In this document: positions 40,616 through 51,041 of the stretch, in pieces | Position numbering within the stretch: position 1 is the stretch's first letter | Layout of the letters: each line of letters opens with the position of its first letter | Assembly: GCA_963823335.1 (NCBI GenBank) | Contig: CAWGLD010000001.1 | Span: 192,001-256,000, forward strand | Reading direction: 5' to 3' | Source of the DNA: an uncultured delta proteobacterium | Lineage (GTDB): Bacteria; Desulfobacterota; Desulfobacteria; Desulfobacterales; B30-G6 | DNA length: 64,000 bases | Program-made: the position numbers and the translations under genes | The notes under the pieces: generated by a model | The model's input: only the letters and a program-made list of their open reading frames with translations | What the model was told of the DNA's origin: nothing | The model's database searches: none

Positions 40616-40694
40616 GGGGTGGAGGAGATCAAGACCAGGGTTGGAGGGGTGGAGGTTCGGAGGGTTGGAGGGGATCAAGACCAGGGTTGGAGGG
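40616..40694 (+). repeat. G-rich tract with duplicated gatcaagaccagggttggaggg
   Basis: Seen directly. Confidence 0.7.
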
Positions 40695-40753
40695 ACATGC
40701 CGAGTCCGTTTTCGGCTATCTGAAATAGTTTTGATAAATTATTACCAAATAAA

Positions 40754-40868
40754 TTTCACGCCCCCGATGGGTTCATTGACAAGGCATTCAGGGGCGCAGC
40801 CGTAGTATACTACTGCAAGTTCCTGATAACGCAGTCAATGAGCCCATCGGGGAGCGCTCGAAGAGTGA
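40754..40868. mobile_element. Long-hairpin MITE/structured element family C, copy 1
   Basis: Same conserved loops as 54450-54611 with different but complementary stems. Confidence 0.6.
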
Positions 40869-40893
40869 TAATTTTTTTAAAATTATCATGAAA

Positions 40894-42174
40894 TTAGTCG
40901 TCAAAGTCCCCGGCAGGTCCCTTATCACTGTCGATCTCGGCCGCCTTTTGAACGATTTTTTTCGGTGTCCACTCATCCGGGTTCTCGATCCGTTCCGCCT
41001 TGGGGCCGGGATCGTAGGTTCCGACGGACAGTATTTTCTGGATAGCGATATCGGCCGTTTCGGTTGCGTTAAATACCTTCACCAGCATGTTGTATACAAA
41101 ATCTTCCACACGTTTGACCATTCTGTCACGAATCGCCATGGGTTGACCCAGTAACTTGTTTTCAAAAGGCAGATTGAGTTTCTTATAATCCCCGCCTTTC
41201 AAGCCCTTGGATGTTGCGTAGGCCACCATCGCCGCCCACATTTCTTCGGTGGCGCCCTGATCCTTGACCTTGATAAAACTGCCGTCCTCACTCAAAATGG
41301 CATTTCCGAAATCGTTTACCTCCAGCCCCCATGAAATCATCTGCAGGGCCGTAGCGACATTGGCTTTCGTTGTTCGGGTATTGGCGGCGATCTCTCTGAG
41401 GCGGTCTGAACTGTTTCCCGAGGTGCCATGCTGTGCACCCGACACCTTATAGGGTGCCAGGGCATCGTGAATCTGACGCGTCAACTCCACCTGGATGCCC
41501 TGCCCACTGGCTTCGATACCATGTGTCGTGCCGTTGTTCAGCGCTATCCAGTCCGCAAAGATATCGTGTGCATTGAGACCCCTGATGAGAAAACTGGCTT
41601 CTGCAACGGTTGACAACCCTTCCTTGCCCTTGATTTCTCCCACCTCTGTTTCTAGGCCGGCCCAGGCGGGAATGAAGGGATTCAACTGCAGATTGGCCAA
41701 GAGATTCTGGTCATCCGGCATGTGAGAGGCATCGACGGCGATGGAGGTCATGCCCGCTTCAAACAGGGTGGGTATCTCAACCTTGGCCACGTCAATGTCT
41801 GATTCCTTTTTGATACCGTAATGATCGGCATGGATGGCCACCGGAATACGGATGTCCAGTTCGTTGCAGATGGCGTCCACCTGTCTGGCAATATTCCAAT
41901 AGTTGACTGCACAATAGGCATCGGCACCGCCCTCTGAACGGGCTATCTCAATGATAATACATGCATTGGCCCGTTGCGCCGCCTGCAGGGCACCCCGGAT
42001 AACGAAACTGTTTCTGCCATTGGCCGCCATGGCGATTGCCTGTCCTTTTTTGGCCATAGCCCTGTCGATAAATTTTCCACTAACAATCAATGCCCGGGAG
42101 TTCGGGAATAATCGGGTCACGTTGGGAGGGCGACCGATTTGAATTGCCTTTTCGAAATCTGATGAAGAAACCAT
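40894..42174 (-). CDS. fba: Class II fructose-bisphosphate aldolase
   Basis: IHADH, DASH, ETEVGEI, NGTTHG, AQHGTSG, KANVAT. Confidence 0.9.
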   Translation of the reverse strand: MVSSSDFEKAIQIGRPPNVTRLFPNSRALIVSGKFIDRAMAKKGQAIAMAANGRNSFVIRGALQAAQRANACIIIEIARSEGGADAYCAVNYWNIARQVDAICNELDIRIPVAIHADHYGIKKESDIDVAKVEIPTLFEAGMTSIAVDASHMPDDQNLLANLQLNPFIPAWAGLETEVGEIKGKEGLSTVAEASFLIRGLNAHDIFADWIALNNGTTHGIEASGQGIQVELTRQIHDALAPYKVSGAQHGTSGNSSDRLREIAANTRTTKANVATALQMISWGLEVNDFGNAILSEDGSFIKVKDQGATEEMWAAMVAYATSKGLKGGDYKKLNLPFENKLLGQPMAIRDRMVKRVEDFVYNMLVKVFNATETADIAIQKILSVGTYDPGPKAERIENPDEWTPKKIVQKAAEIDSDKGPAGDFDD

Positions 42175-42309
42175 GGATGAACCTCCTTTTTGCCGGTGGC
42201 ATCCCGCACAATGTTGCAGGAGCGAATGTCTTTATTATGATATGTTCTTTTTTAACAAGCGATGGGAACGTCTCAACAAGATAGCTTATAACAGACTTCT
42301 CATTCGTCA

Positions 42310-42439
42310 GTCAACTACCACCCCTAAAACGGGTGGCTTGGATTTCCCCCAAAATGGGGGAAATCCAAAGGAGACGGCATGCCTCCGTAAGTTCAGGTTC
42401 GGAACCGCGTCCCAAGCACGCGGTTTGTAGAACAATCAA
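42310..42439 (-). mobile_element. Mini-element family A, copy 3 (most intact hairpins)
   Basis: gtcaactaccacccctaaaacgggtggcttg...aacaatcaa. Confidence 0.65.
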
Positions 42440-42609
42440 CCTTTTAACGAACATGTCGACAAGAAAACCCGCTTGTTTTGCAACACAGGTCGGCTGTTTG
42501 TATTGGGTTTACAGGGTGATCATTGTCTGTTAATAAATTGAGATCATTTCCAAAAGAGTTGATTAAAATGAAGGGTTCAAGGATTCGAGGGGTCAAGGGT
42601 TCGAGTGGA

Positions 42610-42769
42610 ATGTTTAGATATTATAAAGAGTTAAACGATAGGGAAGATTGTATAAACTTTGTTTGAATATATATAAGGACTTCAAGAATTAAGAGAAAAG
42701 ATCGGGAATATAGAGAAAAGACTGAAAGCGATGATCAAATCCCTGGGAAACAGACACTTGAACCCTTGA
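42610..42769 (+). pseudogene. Internally deleted four-helix-bundle (23S rRNA IVP/Avd-like) gene
   Basis: Fragments in shifting frames: MFRYYKELN.., LYKLCLNIYK, LQELREKIGNIEKRLKAMIKSLGNRHLNP*; flanked by inverted GGGTTCAA/TTGAACCC octamers. Confidence 0.65.
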
Positions 42770-42875
42770 ATCCTGGACTCCTTGAACCCTTTCTCCCAAC
42801 TGGGAGAAAATTACATTGTATCTTAAGAATGCACGAAAATTACCAACATTGAACAATTAATGGTATAATACGTTC

Positions 42876-44954
42876 ATGAAAATTCAACGCGTCCTCTTAC
42901 TCATTGCGTCAGTGGTTCTTCTCTGGTCATGTGCCCCTAGGCAACCATTGCCGCCATTGCTCGAACCGACAGCGCCCCCTGAACTTGAAGCCATCGACTA
43001 TGGAAACTTGTTTCTGGAAGCCCAATCCTTGTATGCTGTGCAGTGGTTTGAAGAAGCCCTGCTAAAATATGATTTCTATATTCAACATCAACCCGATGGT
43101 GTCCATGCAGATACCGCACTCAAACAGATGGGTGATATTCACTTTCTGCTAGGTGCTTTTGACTCTGCCAGAAATGCCTACAGGACCCTCCTCGAGAGAC
43201 ACCCGCAAAGCCCCCTGGTGCCGGATGTGAGGCTCGCCATGCTGGAAACATATGCCCGGGAAGGAAAATATGAAGAGCTTATCCGCTATTCGTTTGAAAT
43301 TCCGGACAGCCTGCTCACCCCGGCGCAGCTCCTGAGAAAGGAAACCATGACGGGGGACGCCTATCTGGCCACGGATTCACCGGTGGACGCTTTTTACTTT
43401 TACAGCCTGGTATATGATCAATCCCCTCTCCTGTTAAAGGACCAGACCCTTGAAAAGCTGAAAGAGGTTCTGCCACACCTCAACACCATCAACACCATCT
43501 ATCTGCTGGACCGCTTGAAAGACGGCGTGTTGCGGGGACACCTGCTTTATCATTTGGGATTGCTCAACCTCGAGACCGGCAGAACCGACGATGCCATTGC
43601 AACCCTTTCAGAACTCGTGAACCGCCACCCGGTGCACGAGCAGGCCGGGAAAGCCAGACTACTGATCCTGGAGATCTTTACGGAATCGATTTCAAGTCCC
43701 CATTCCATCGGTTGCCTACTACCCCTCAGCGGTCCCTACAAGACCTACGGTGAAAAAGCCCTGCAGGGCATTGAACTCGCCCTGAACGAATACCATCGCA
43801 CCCACAAGGAAAAACCGATCCATTTCATCGTCAAAGATACAGCATCGGACCCCTTTCAGGCTGTTCAGGCGGTAAGAGAACTCGATGAAGCCAATGTTTC
43901 CGCAATCATCGGTCCCATCTTCTCGGCCGAGCCGGCTGCCATGGAAGCGCAGAGCAGGGGAATTCCCATTATTCTTTTCACCCAAAAGGACGATATCACA
44001 CGGATTGGTGAGTTTGTTTTCAGGAATTTTATAACACCCCGGATGCAGATCGAGCCCTTGGCTGCATATGCGGTAAAACGTATGGGCCTCAAGCGATTTG
44101 CCATCCTCTACCCGGATGAAAACTATGGCAACACATACATGAATCTCTTCTGGGATGAAGTGCTTTCCCTGGGCGGGGCTGTTGTCGGTGTTGAATCGTA
44201 TGACCCTATGGATACGGACTTTGCCAAGCCCATCAAAAAACTGGTGGGTCTTTATTATGAGGTGCCAAAGGAACTCGAGATTGACTTCACGTTTACTCCC
44301 GAAGATGAAGTGAACCAGGATCCAATGGCAAAAACAACCACCAACATGTTGGCCTTCCTACCCCATGAGATAAAGAAAATACCGCAACTCTATTTCTGGG
44401 GATTTCCACAAGCACTGGGTCCGCTGGCGAACGATGTCGCTCAGGGTAGAAAACGGGATGACGCGCTTGAACCCATCGTCGATTTCGATGCCCTGTTCAT
44501 ACCGGATGCGGCCAAAAAGTCAGGCCTGATTACCCCCCAGCTGGCCTATTTTGATGTCGAAGACGTGGTATTGATGGGGACCAATCTGTGGCACTCCCAA
44601 CAACTGATCGACATGTCACAGGACTACATCCAGAAAGCCGTCTTGACGGATGGCTTTTTTCCCGAGAGCAAGAACCCCAGGGTCAGGGTTTTCTTGAAAT
44701 ATTTTCAGGACACCTTTGACGAAAATCCGGGATTCATCGAGGCTGTTGCTTATGATTCCGCCAAGATCCTCCTGCAGACACTTGTCAACCCGGGCATCCG
44801 TTTCAAGAGTCATCTCAAAGACGAGTTGCTGAACCTGATTGATTTTCCCGGCGTGACCGGATCGACATCCTTCGATTACAAGGGGGATGCCATCAGGGGC
44901 CCTTATATCCTGCGGGTCAAAGGGCGTTCGTTCGAGTCCCTGCAGAATCCCTGA
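42876..44954 (+). CDS. Lipoprotein with TPRs and LppC/periplasmic-binding domain (LpoA-like)
   Basis: Lipobox LWSC, TPRs, IGCLLPLSG, AIIGP, FDALFIPD, PQLAYFD, FPGVTG. Confidence 0.85.
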   Translation: MKIQRVLLLIASVVLLWSCAPRQPLPPLLEPTAPPELEAIDYGNLFLEAQSLYAVQWFEEALLKYDFYIQHQPDGVHADTALKQMGDIHFLLGAFDSARNAYRTLLERHPQSPLVPDVRLAMLETYAREGKYEELIRYSFEIPDSLLTPAQLLRKETMTGDAYLATDSPVDAFYFYSLVYDQSPLLLKDQTLEKLKEVLPHLNTINTIYLLDRLKDGVLRGHLLYHLGLLNLETGRTDDAIATLSELVNRHPVHEQAGKARLLILEIFTESISSPHSIGCLLPLSGPYKTYGEKALQGIELALNEYHRTHKEKPIHFIVKDTASDPFQAVQAVRELDEANVSAIIGPIFSAEPAAMEAQSRGIPIILFTQKDDITRIGEFVFRNFITPRMQIEPLAAYAVKRMGLKRFAILYPDENYGNTYMNLFWDEVLSLGGAVVGVESYDPMDTDFAKPIKKLVGLYYEVPKELEIDFTFTPEDEVNQDPMAKTTTNMLAFLPHEIKKIPQLYFWGFPQALGPLANDVAQGRKRDDALEPIVDFDALFIPDAAKKSGLITPQLAYFDVEDVVLMGTNLWHSQQLIDMSQDYIQKAVLTDGFFPESKNPRVRVFLKYFQDTFDENPGFIEAVAYDSAKILLQTLVNPGIRFKSHLKDELLNLIDFPGVTGSTSFDYKGDAIRGPYILRVKGRSFESLQNP

Positions 44955-45048
44955 AAACAGTCAGGAAATTAGAGGCCATCTCAAAAAAAAAGGGTTTTGG
45001 TTGAAGATCAAGATACCCTATTTTACCTCATAAAGGAGCGAAATAAAC

Positions 45049-46728
45049 ATGAGCAACACCCCCGATAAAATAATTTACTCCATGATCAGGGTCAGCAAGT
45101 ATTATGACAAAAAGGCGGTATTGAAGGATATTTCCCTGTCATACTTCCATGGCGCCAAGATCGGTGTTCTGGGCCTCAATGGCGCTGGAAAGTCATCCCT
45201 GCTGCGAATCCTGGCCGGCGAGGATAAGGAATTCAACGGTGAAACCATCCTCTCCAAGGGCTTCACGGTGGGCTACCTGGAGCAGGAACCACTGGTGAAC
45301 ATCGATAAAAGCGTACGTGAGGTCGTAGAAGAGGGCGTTCAGGAGACGGTTGATCTGCTCAGGGAATTTGAAGAGATCAACAACAGTTTTGCCGAGCCCA
45401 TGGATGACGCGGCCATGGAAAAACTCATTGAACGCCAGGGGCAGGTTCAGGAAAAGCTGGATGCCCACGATGCCTGGGAGCTCGATTCCCGGCTGGAAAT
45501 GGCCATGGATGCCCTGCGCTGCCCCCCGGGGGAAGTCCGGATCAACGTGCTGTCGGGGGGTGAAAAACGGCGTGTGGCCCTTTGTCGTCTTTTGCTGCAG
45601 AAACCCGACATCCTGTTGTTGGACGAACCCACCAACCATCTGGATGCGGAAAGTGTGGCCTGGCTGGAACACCACCTGCAGCAATATTCCGGGACGGTCA
45701 TCGCCGTCACCCACGATCGTTACTTTCTGGACAATGTGGCCGGCTGGATCCTCGAACTGGACAGGGGTCAGGGCATTCCCTGGAAAGGCAACTACTCGTC
45801 ATGGCTGGAACAAAAAATGGAGCGTCTGCGTCGGGAGGAAAAAGCCCAGAGCGCCCGTCAGAAAACACTGGCCCGGGAGTTGGAGTGGATCCGCCTGACC
45901 CCCAAAGGACGCCATGCAAAGAACCAGTCCCGGGTCAATGCCTATGAAAAGCTGATGGCCCAGGAAGAGCAAACCCAGGACAAAGAGCTGGAGCTGTATA
46001 TCCCGCCTGGCCCGCGCCTGGGTGACGTGGTTATCGAGGCGGATGGTGTGACCAAGGCCTATGACGATCATCTGCTCGTGGAAAAGATGTGTTTCCAACT
46101 GCCCCCGGGCGCCATCGTGGGCGTCATCGGGCCCAATGGCGCCGGTAAAACCACCCTGTTCAGAATGATCACCGGCCAGGAAAAAGCCGACAGCGGACTT
46201 TTCAAAATCGGTGAAACCGTTCAGCTGGCATACGTGGACCAGAACCGCGAGCTGGACCCCAAAAAAAGTGTCTGGGAAGAGATTACCGGGGGACAGGAAC
46301 TGCTCGAAATCGGCGAAAGAACCATCAACTCCCGTGCCTATGTGGCCCGCTTCAACTTGTCCGGTTCGGAACAGCAACGCAAGGTGGCGGATCTCTCCGG
46401 AGGACAGCGCAACAGGGTTCATCTGGCCAAGATGCTCAAGGAAGGGGCCAACGTCCTGCTGCTGGATGAACCCACCAACGACCTGGATGTCAACACCCTG
46501 AGAGCCCTGGAGGAAGCGCTGGAAAACTTCGGCGGCTGTGCGGTGGTGATCAGCCACGACCGCTGGTTTTTGGATCGCATCACCACCCATATCCTGGCCT
46601 TCGAGGGAGACAGCCAGGTTGTTTTTTTCAACGGCAACTGGACAGAATACGAGGCTGACCGCAAGAAACGCCTGGGTGTCGATGCTGAAATACCGCGACG
46701 AATCCGGTATCGCCAGTTGACGCGCTGA
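45049..46728 (+). CDS. ettA: Energy-dependent translational throttle EttA (ABC-F)
   Basis: [41 protein letters not shown]. Confidence 0.96.
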   Translation: MSNTPDKIIYSMIRVSKYYDKKAVLKDISLSYFHGAKIGVLGLNGAGKSSLLRILAGEDKEFNGETILSKGFTVGYLEQEPLVNIDKSVREVVEEGVQETVDLLREFEEINNSFAEPMDDAAMEKLIERQGQVQEKLDAHDAWELDSRLEMAMDALRCPPGEVRINVLSGGEKRRVALCRLLLQKPDILLLDEPTNHLDAESVAWLEHHLQQYSGTVIAVTHDRYFLDNVAGWILELDRGQGIPWKGNYSSWLEQKMERLRREEKAQSARQKTLARELEWIRLTPKGRHAKNQSRVNAYEKLMAQEEQTQDKELELYIPPGPRLGDVVIEADGVTKAYDDHLLVEKMCFQLPPGAIVGVIGPNGAGKTTLFRMITGQEKADSGLFKIGETVQLAYVDQNRELDPKKSVWEEITGGQELLEIGERTINSRAYVARFNLSGSEQQRKVADLSGGQRNRVHLAKMLKEGANVLLLDEPTNDLDVNTLRALEEALENFGGCAVVISHDRWFLDRITTHILAFEGDSQVVFFNGNWTEYEADRKKRLGVDAEIPRRIRYRQLTR

Positions 46729-46742
46729 TCTTGGTATGGACA

Positions 46743-46887
46743 CTATAACCTATCTCAAAATAAAGATCGGAGTTCATGGCAAGGCGTAACACAGCGAAAA
46801 AGCGGAGCATACACGTAGTATGTGAGCATTTTGAGATGTTTTGCAACACCGCCATGGGCACTTAGATTATTTTGAGATGGGTTCTAG
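46743..46887. mobile_element. ERIC-like MITE with 21-bp imperfect terminal inverted repeats
   Basis: ctataacctatctcaaaataa...ttattttgagatgggttctag; core gagcatacacgtagtatgtga; aaggcg/caacac loops. Confidence 0.7.
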
Positions 46888-47828
46888 CTTGCAACCCAGA
46901 CAGCGACATTGTACGTCGAAGAAATCAGCTTGTCACTGACCCTGCCGTGAAGCATTTTCTCCATAAACCCGACAGCTTCCCGGCGGCCTACGACGATGGT
47001 CCCGTAATTGCCCGCCAGGGCCGTGTCGACGATTTTCTGTATGGCACTGCCATGGTGCAGCAGGAAATTAACGGAAATATTCTTTTCCTTCATACCGGCT
47101 TTCACAAGGCGTTGAACAGCCTCGATCATATATGGTTGGAAACGGTTTTGATTATATTTAACTACAGACTCCTCGGTTATCGAATCACTTGTCTCACAAT
47201 CAGATATGGGCGACAGGTTCTGGAGGTTGAACACGTGACAAAGAGAGACTTCCAGCTCCCGGGCATGGGATAGATCGCCAATGCAGGTGGTGGCCCTCAT
47301 AGCCTCGATGGATTCATCCAGGGCAATCAGTATTTTGCTGGATGCTGGTTTGCCGCCAACAACAATGATGGGAATATGCCTGATCTTTTCAATCAGTTTG
47401 AAAGCCATGCTTCCCACTACGATATCTTTCAGCCGACTGACACCGGTTCGCCCCACAACCAGGGCGTGGTAGTTCTGATACGATTCCTGAACGATATCCT
47501 TGAGCAGGTTGGTTTTTTTTGTCTGCGTTTTTACGCTGACGGCATCTTTCGGAAACCCGGCATCGGCAAGAATCTTGAACGCTTTTTCTTTGAACTCGCC
47601 GATGACCAGCTGGCTGTCAGCCAGCCATTTTTCCAGCGGTTCCTTTTTTGACTGATAAAGAGGATTGTTATTCATGGCCCAATAAACGTCCGGAAATCCC
47701 GTTCCAACGCTGAGCAGTACAACTTCCGTCTGGTCCGGAGGAACAATCATGCTGATATAACGAACCGCTTCCAGGGCTTGATCCGAGCCGTCGATGGCGA
47801 TCAATATCTTTCTTCGAATGACTGCCAA
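46884..47828 (-). CDS. Tandem-domain universal stress protein
   Basis: KILIAIDGS, VVGRTG..GS, KILIALDES, IVVGRR; TTG start with AGGAGG. Confidence 0.92.
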   Translation of the reverse strand: MAVIRRKILIAIDGSDQALEAVRYISMIVPPDQTEVVLLSVGTGFPDVYWAMNNNPLYQSKKEPLEKWLADSQLVIGEFKEKAFKILADAGFPKDAVSVKTQTKKTNLLKDIVQESYQNYHALVVGRTGVSRLKDIVVGSMAFKLIEKIRHIPIIVVGGKPASSKILIALDESIEAMRATTCIGDLSHARELEVSLCHVFNLQNLSPISDCETSDSITEESVVKYNQNRFQPYMIEAVQRLVKAGMKEKNISVNFLLHHGSAIQKIVDTALAGNYGTIVVGRREAVGFMEKMLHGRVSDKLISSTYNVAVWVAS

Positions 47829-47888
47829 ATTGCCTCCTGATTTCAGTGATATGGATTTATTATTTTGACACGATCAGTTATGACCTTT

Positions 47889-47967
47889 GGATCTTCTCCC
47901 AATAAGTTGGGAGAAAGGGTTCAATCCTTGAATCCTTAATTTGGATCCACTCTTTGGGAGATGATCC
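47889..47967. mobile_element. Empty copy of the four-helix-bundle cassette ends
   Basis: TIR ggatcttctcccaa/ttgggagatgatcc; matches both flanks of 42541-42812. Confidence 0.6.
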
Positions 47968-48038
47968 ATATTTTATCATGTTTGAAGTGTTTCGTCACAT
48001 CAGAATTCTGATCTGCCATGAATTGCCGCCAAGATAGT

Positions 48039-48950
48039 CTATCCCCGCCATTCGGTGTCATCCACCGTGGTCTTGAAATCCGGTGCAACGATCTTCGGTG
48101 CGTCTAAAGATTCAGCTTTATCCTGTTCCTGGGGTGATGGTTTGCCGACAAATACAAGACGTTGGCGTTTGCAATTCCTGCAGGCCTCCAGTACCTTCAA
48201 GGAGCAGTCAGGCGTGTAGGCATCATAATTGATGGTGGAAAGGTTGTTTTCCAGGGTAAAGAGGTCGGAAGTCCTGGCACAGGCGCCACAGCCGATGCAG
48301 CCGACCCTGCACACGCTGATGACGTCCTTACCCTTGTCCTTGTTGGCACAGGTTACCGCCAGCATCCGTTCGGCTTTGAAAGGGGTGATGCTGATAATAT
48401 TGCGCGGGCAAACCCGGCCGCAGGCCCCACAACCGACGCATTTTTCATAATCCACCGTTGCCAGGCCGTCAACCACATGAATGGCATCGAAGTCACAAAC
48501 CCGTGTACAGTCACCGAAACCGAGACATCCGTACGTGCATCCCTGAACATCGGTGACCAGATTGGCGGCCACACAACGCATGTCACCGCGGTATTCGCTT
48601 TTTCCCAGACGGTCCCCAAAATGAGCGCCGCAGTGTACGATGGGACGATAAGGGAGCGTCTCTCCCACTTCGACCCCCATGACACCGGCCACTTCCAGCG
48701 CACAAATGTTCCCGCCCACTGTGCACAGGTTGACCTGCTCATGTTCCAGGGCCACCGCCTCGGCGTATTCGCCGCAACCCACGTATCCACAGCCACCACA
48801 GTTGGCGCCGGGAAGGGCTTCAATGATAGCCAGGACCCGCTGATCCACGTCCACATGAAATCTTCTGTTGGCCCAACCGAGAATAGATGTCAGCACCAAT
48901 GCCATAAAAAGCATCGTTGCAGCGGATAGACCGATGGTAATCCAGGTCAT
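48039..48950 (-). CDS. rnfB: Rnf complex subunit B
   Basis: LPGANCGGCGYVGC, CTYGCLGFGDC, CVGCGAC, CIGCGAC. Confidence 0.93.
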   Translation of the reverse strand: MTWITIGLSAATMLFMALVLTSILGWANRRFHVDVDQRVLAIIEALPGANCGGCGYVGCGEYAEAVALEHEQVNLCTVGGNICALEVAGVMGVEVGETLPYRPIVHCGAHFGDRLGKSEYRGDMRCVAANLVTDVQGCTYGCLGFGDCTRVCDFDAIHVVDGLATVDYEKCVGCGACGRVCPRNIISITPFKAERMLAVTCANKDKGKDVISVCRVGCIGCGACARTSDLFTLENNLSTINYDAYTPDCSLKVLEACRNCKRQRLVFVGKPSPQEQDKAESLDAPKIVAPDFKTTVDDTEWRG

Positions 48951-49029
48951 TGACCCTCCAAATTTTCCCCTGCACTGCTCTGGCGGGGAGTACCCGTCCT
49001 AAATATCCGGTTCACGGGACCAGATCCCT

Positions 49030-49725
49030 CTACATGATCGCCGCCCGAATACCACTGTCCACCCCGGTAAAACCCATGAAGGCCATAGCCAGGATGCCGC
49101 CGACGATCAGGGTGATGGCAGCCCCCTTGAAAGGTGCCGGAATATCACATAGATCGAGCTCTTCACGGATGCCGGCCATGATGACAATGGCGATGGTGAA
49201 ACCCACCCCACCGAAGATACCCAGCACCAGCGCATGCCCCAGATCCCAGGCTTCGGCAGGATTTTCAACACCCACAACCTTGCTCATGACCAGAAGGCAG
49301 GCAAACAAAATGGCACAGTTGGTCGTGATCAGCGGTAAAAAGACACCAAAAGACTTGTATAAAGGCGGATAAAACCTGCGCATGTACATTTCCACAAACT
49401 GAACTGACGACGATATGGAAAAGATATAGACGATATAGGACAGGATGGTCAGGTCAATTCCGGATGCCTGCTCGGTCGGTATGAAAAACCCGGCCACCCA
49501 GCTCGAGATAGGTGCACCCGGGGCCAGGACAAGCGTGGTAATGGTCCAGCTGATGAATACGGCGATGGTCATTACAAATGTCACGGCACTTCCCATACCC
49601 ACAGCCATGTCCACCTGGCGGGACACCCCGATGAACGGACAGATACCGACAAAATAGTAAAGCACAAAATTGTTGATCAGGGCTGCACCAAGGGCGATCA
49701 AAAAAATGTCAAAAAGATACATCAT
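49030..49725 (-). CDS. rnfA: Rnf complex subunit A
   Basis: [33 protein letters not shown]. Confidence 0.94.
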   Translation of the reverse strand: MMYLFDIFLIALGAALINNFVLYYFVGICPFIGVSRQVDMAVGMGSAVTFVMTIAVFISWTITTLVLAPGAPISSWVAGFFIPTEQASGIDLTILSYIVYIFSISSSVQFVEMYMRRFYPPLYKSFGVFLPLITTNCAILFACLLVMSKVVGVENPAEAWDLGHALVLGIFGGVGFTIAIVIMAGIREELDLCDIPAPFKGAAITLIVGGILAMAFMGFTGVDSGIRAAIM

Positions 49726-49728
49726 GGC

Positions 49729-50355
49729 CTATTTCCCCCCTTGGGCCTTAGCAGCGCGCATGGCATTGACCCAGTTGATCAACGCCAAGAGCATGCCAAA
49801 AGTTAAAAATGCGCCGGGCGGCAGCACCATGATCACCCAGTCGGGCCAGGTCTCCGGAAGAACAGGTATGCCCAACAGCATGCCGGTGCCCAGGATCTCA
49901 CGAACCGCGGCAATACTGGCCAGGGCGAGGCCAAACCCCAGGGATTGGCCCAGGGCATCACCCGCCGCAGCCAAGGGTCCCTGTCTGGAAGCACAGACTT
50001 CACAACGACAGATGATGATACAGTTGACGATGATCAAAGGAATATACGGCCCCAGAGTCTTGCTCATCGGGTACATGTAGGCACTCAGAACGCGATCGAC
50101 AATGGTCACAAAGGTGGCAATGGTCAAGGTGAAAATAACGATCCGCAAATGAGGTTTCAGCAGACCCCGGATCAGGCTGATGATCACATTGGCACACAGC
50201 AGCACCACGCCGACAGCCATGGCCATGGTCAGGGCGGGTTTCAGACCGCTGGTCACTGCAAGGGTCGGACACAGCCCGAGAAGTTGCCGGTATACCGGGT
50301 TTTCCGGCAGGATGCCTTGAACAAAGCGCTCAATCGGTGTTGGAAGTTGGTTCAT
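49729..50355 (-). CDS. rnfE: Rnf complex subunit E
   Basis: ENPV..LGLCPTLAVT, IPLIIVNCII, LPPGAF. Confidence 0.94.
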   Translation of the reverse strand: MNQLPTPIERFVQGILPENPVYRQLLGLCPTLAVTSGLKPALTMAMAVGVVLLCANVIISLIRGLLKPHLRIVIFTLTIATFVTIVDRVLSAYMYPMSKTLGPYIPLIIVNCIIICRCEVCASRQGPLAAAGDALGQSLGFGLALASIAAVREILGTGMLLGIPVLPETWPDWVIMVLPPGAFLTFGMLLALINWVNAMRAAKAQGGK

Positions 50356-51041
50356 GGCCGCACCTCTGTAGATAACTGGACAGCACCCTGAGCGAGTTGT
50401 CCTTTGATATCACTCACGGTCTGGTTTACAATCCAGGCAACACTGCGGGAAGAAATGGTCGCACCGGTTATTGCATCGATGGCGTGCAATTCCTTAGCGG
50501 CCCCTTTTAGCACCACCAGGGGGGTGTCTGTCTTTTTTCCCACAAACTGTTTTCGCCATTCAGGAAAGGTAATCTTGTTGCCCAGGCCGGGTGTCTCTTT
50601 CTGCTCGAGAATAAAGAGACCCGTTATGGTTTCGGCATTCGGGTCCATGCCGATGAGGGCTTCGATGGTGTCTGCGTAGCCCTGCCCCCTGGATTTGACC
50701 ACCCAGCCGGACAGCAATTTGCCACGGGATACCCGAAAAATGGAATACGTATTTGTCCTTTGACCTTTCTTTACGGATACGGTGCCGGGAACTATCTCCA
50801 TTGGATGCTGGGTGTCGGCGGTTTTTGGTACAGCATCGTCCCCCCACACAAGTGCTGGTACCTGGGTCAGTGTTTCGTTCATCTTGTTGGCCGCAATTAA
50901 CCCGCTGAGTCTGGTCTGAACAAAGGCCAGGGAAGCACCAAAGCTGATGGCAAGCACAAGCACAAGCCAGGCCTGAACCAGGACATTGTTTTGAAACATA
51001 CCGCCACTACCCGTCACACTGCTTTTTATGGTTATTCCCAA
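50352..51041 (-). CDS. rnfG: Rnf complex subunit G (FMN-binding)
   Basis: GY..I, ETPGLG, DAITGATISS; start may be 50999. Confidence 0.92.
   Translation of the reverse strand: MGITIKSSVTGSGGMFQNNVLVQAWLVLVLAISFGASLAFVQTRLSGLIAANKMNETLTQVPALVWGDDAVPKTADTQHPMEIVPGTVSVKKGQRTNTYSIFRVSRGKLLSGWVVKSRGQGYADTIEALIGMDPNAETITGLFILEQKETPGLGNKITFPEWRKQFVGKKTDTPLVVLKGAAKELHAIDAITGATISSRSVAWIVNQTVSDIKGQLAQGAVQLSTEVRP

Noticed and set aside
42310-42439. Full-length HEARO RNA or IscB locus
   Set aside because: Only the terminal hairpin resembles it; the element is 130 bp with no HNH/RuvC ORF adjacent.
42541-42812. Diversity-generating retroelement (Avd-like remnant)
   Set aside because: No reverse transcriptase and no template/variable repeat pair with adenine-specific differences in the window.
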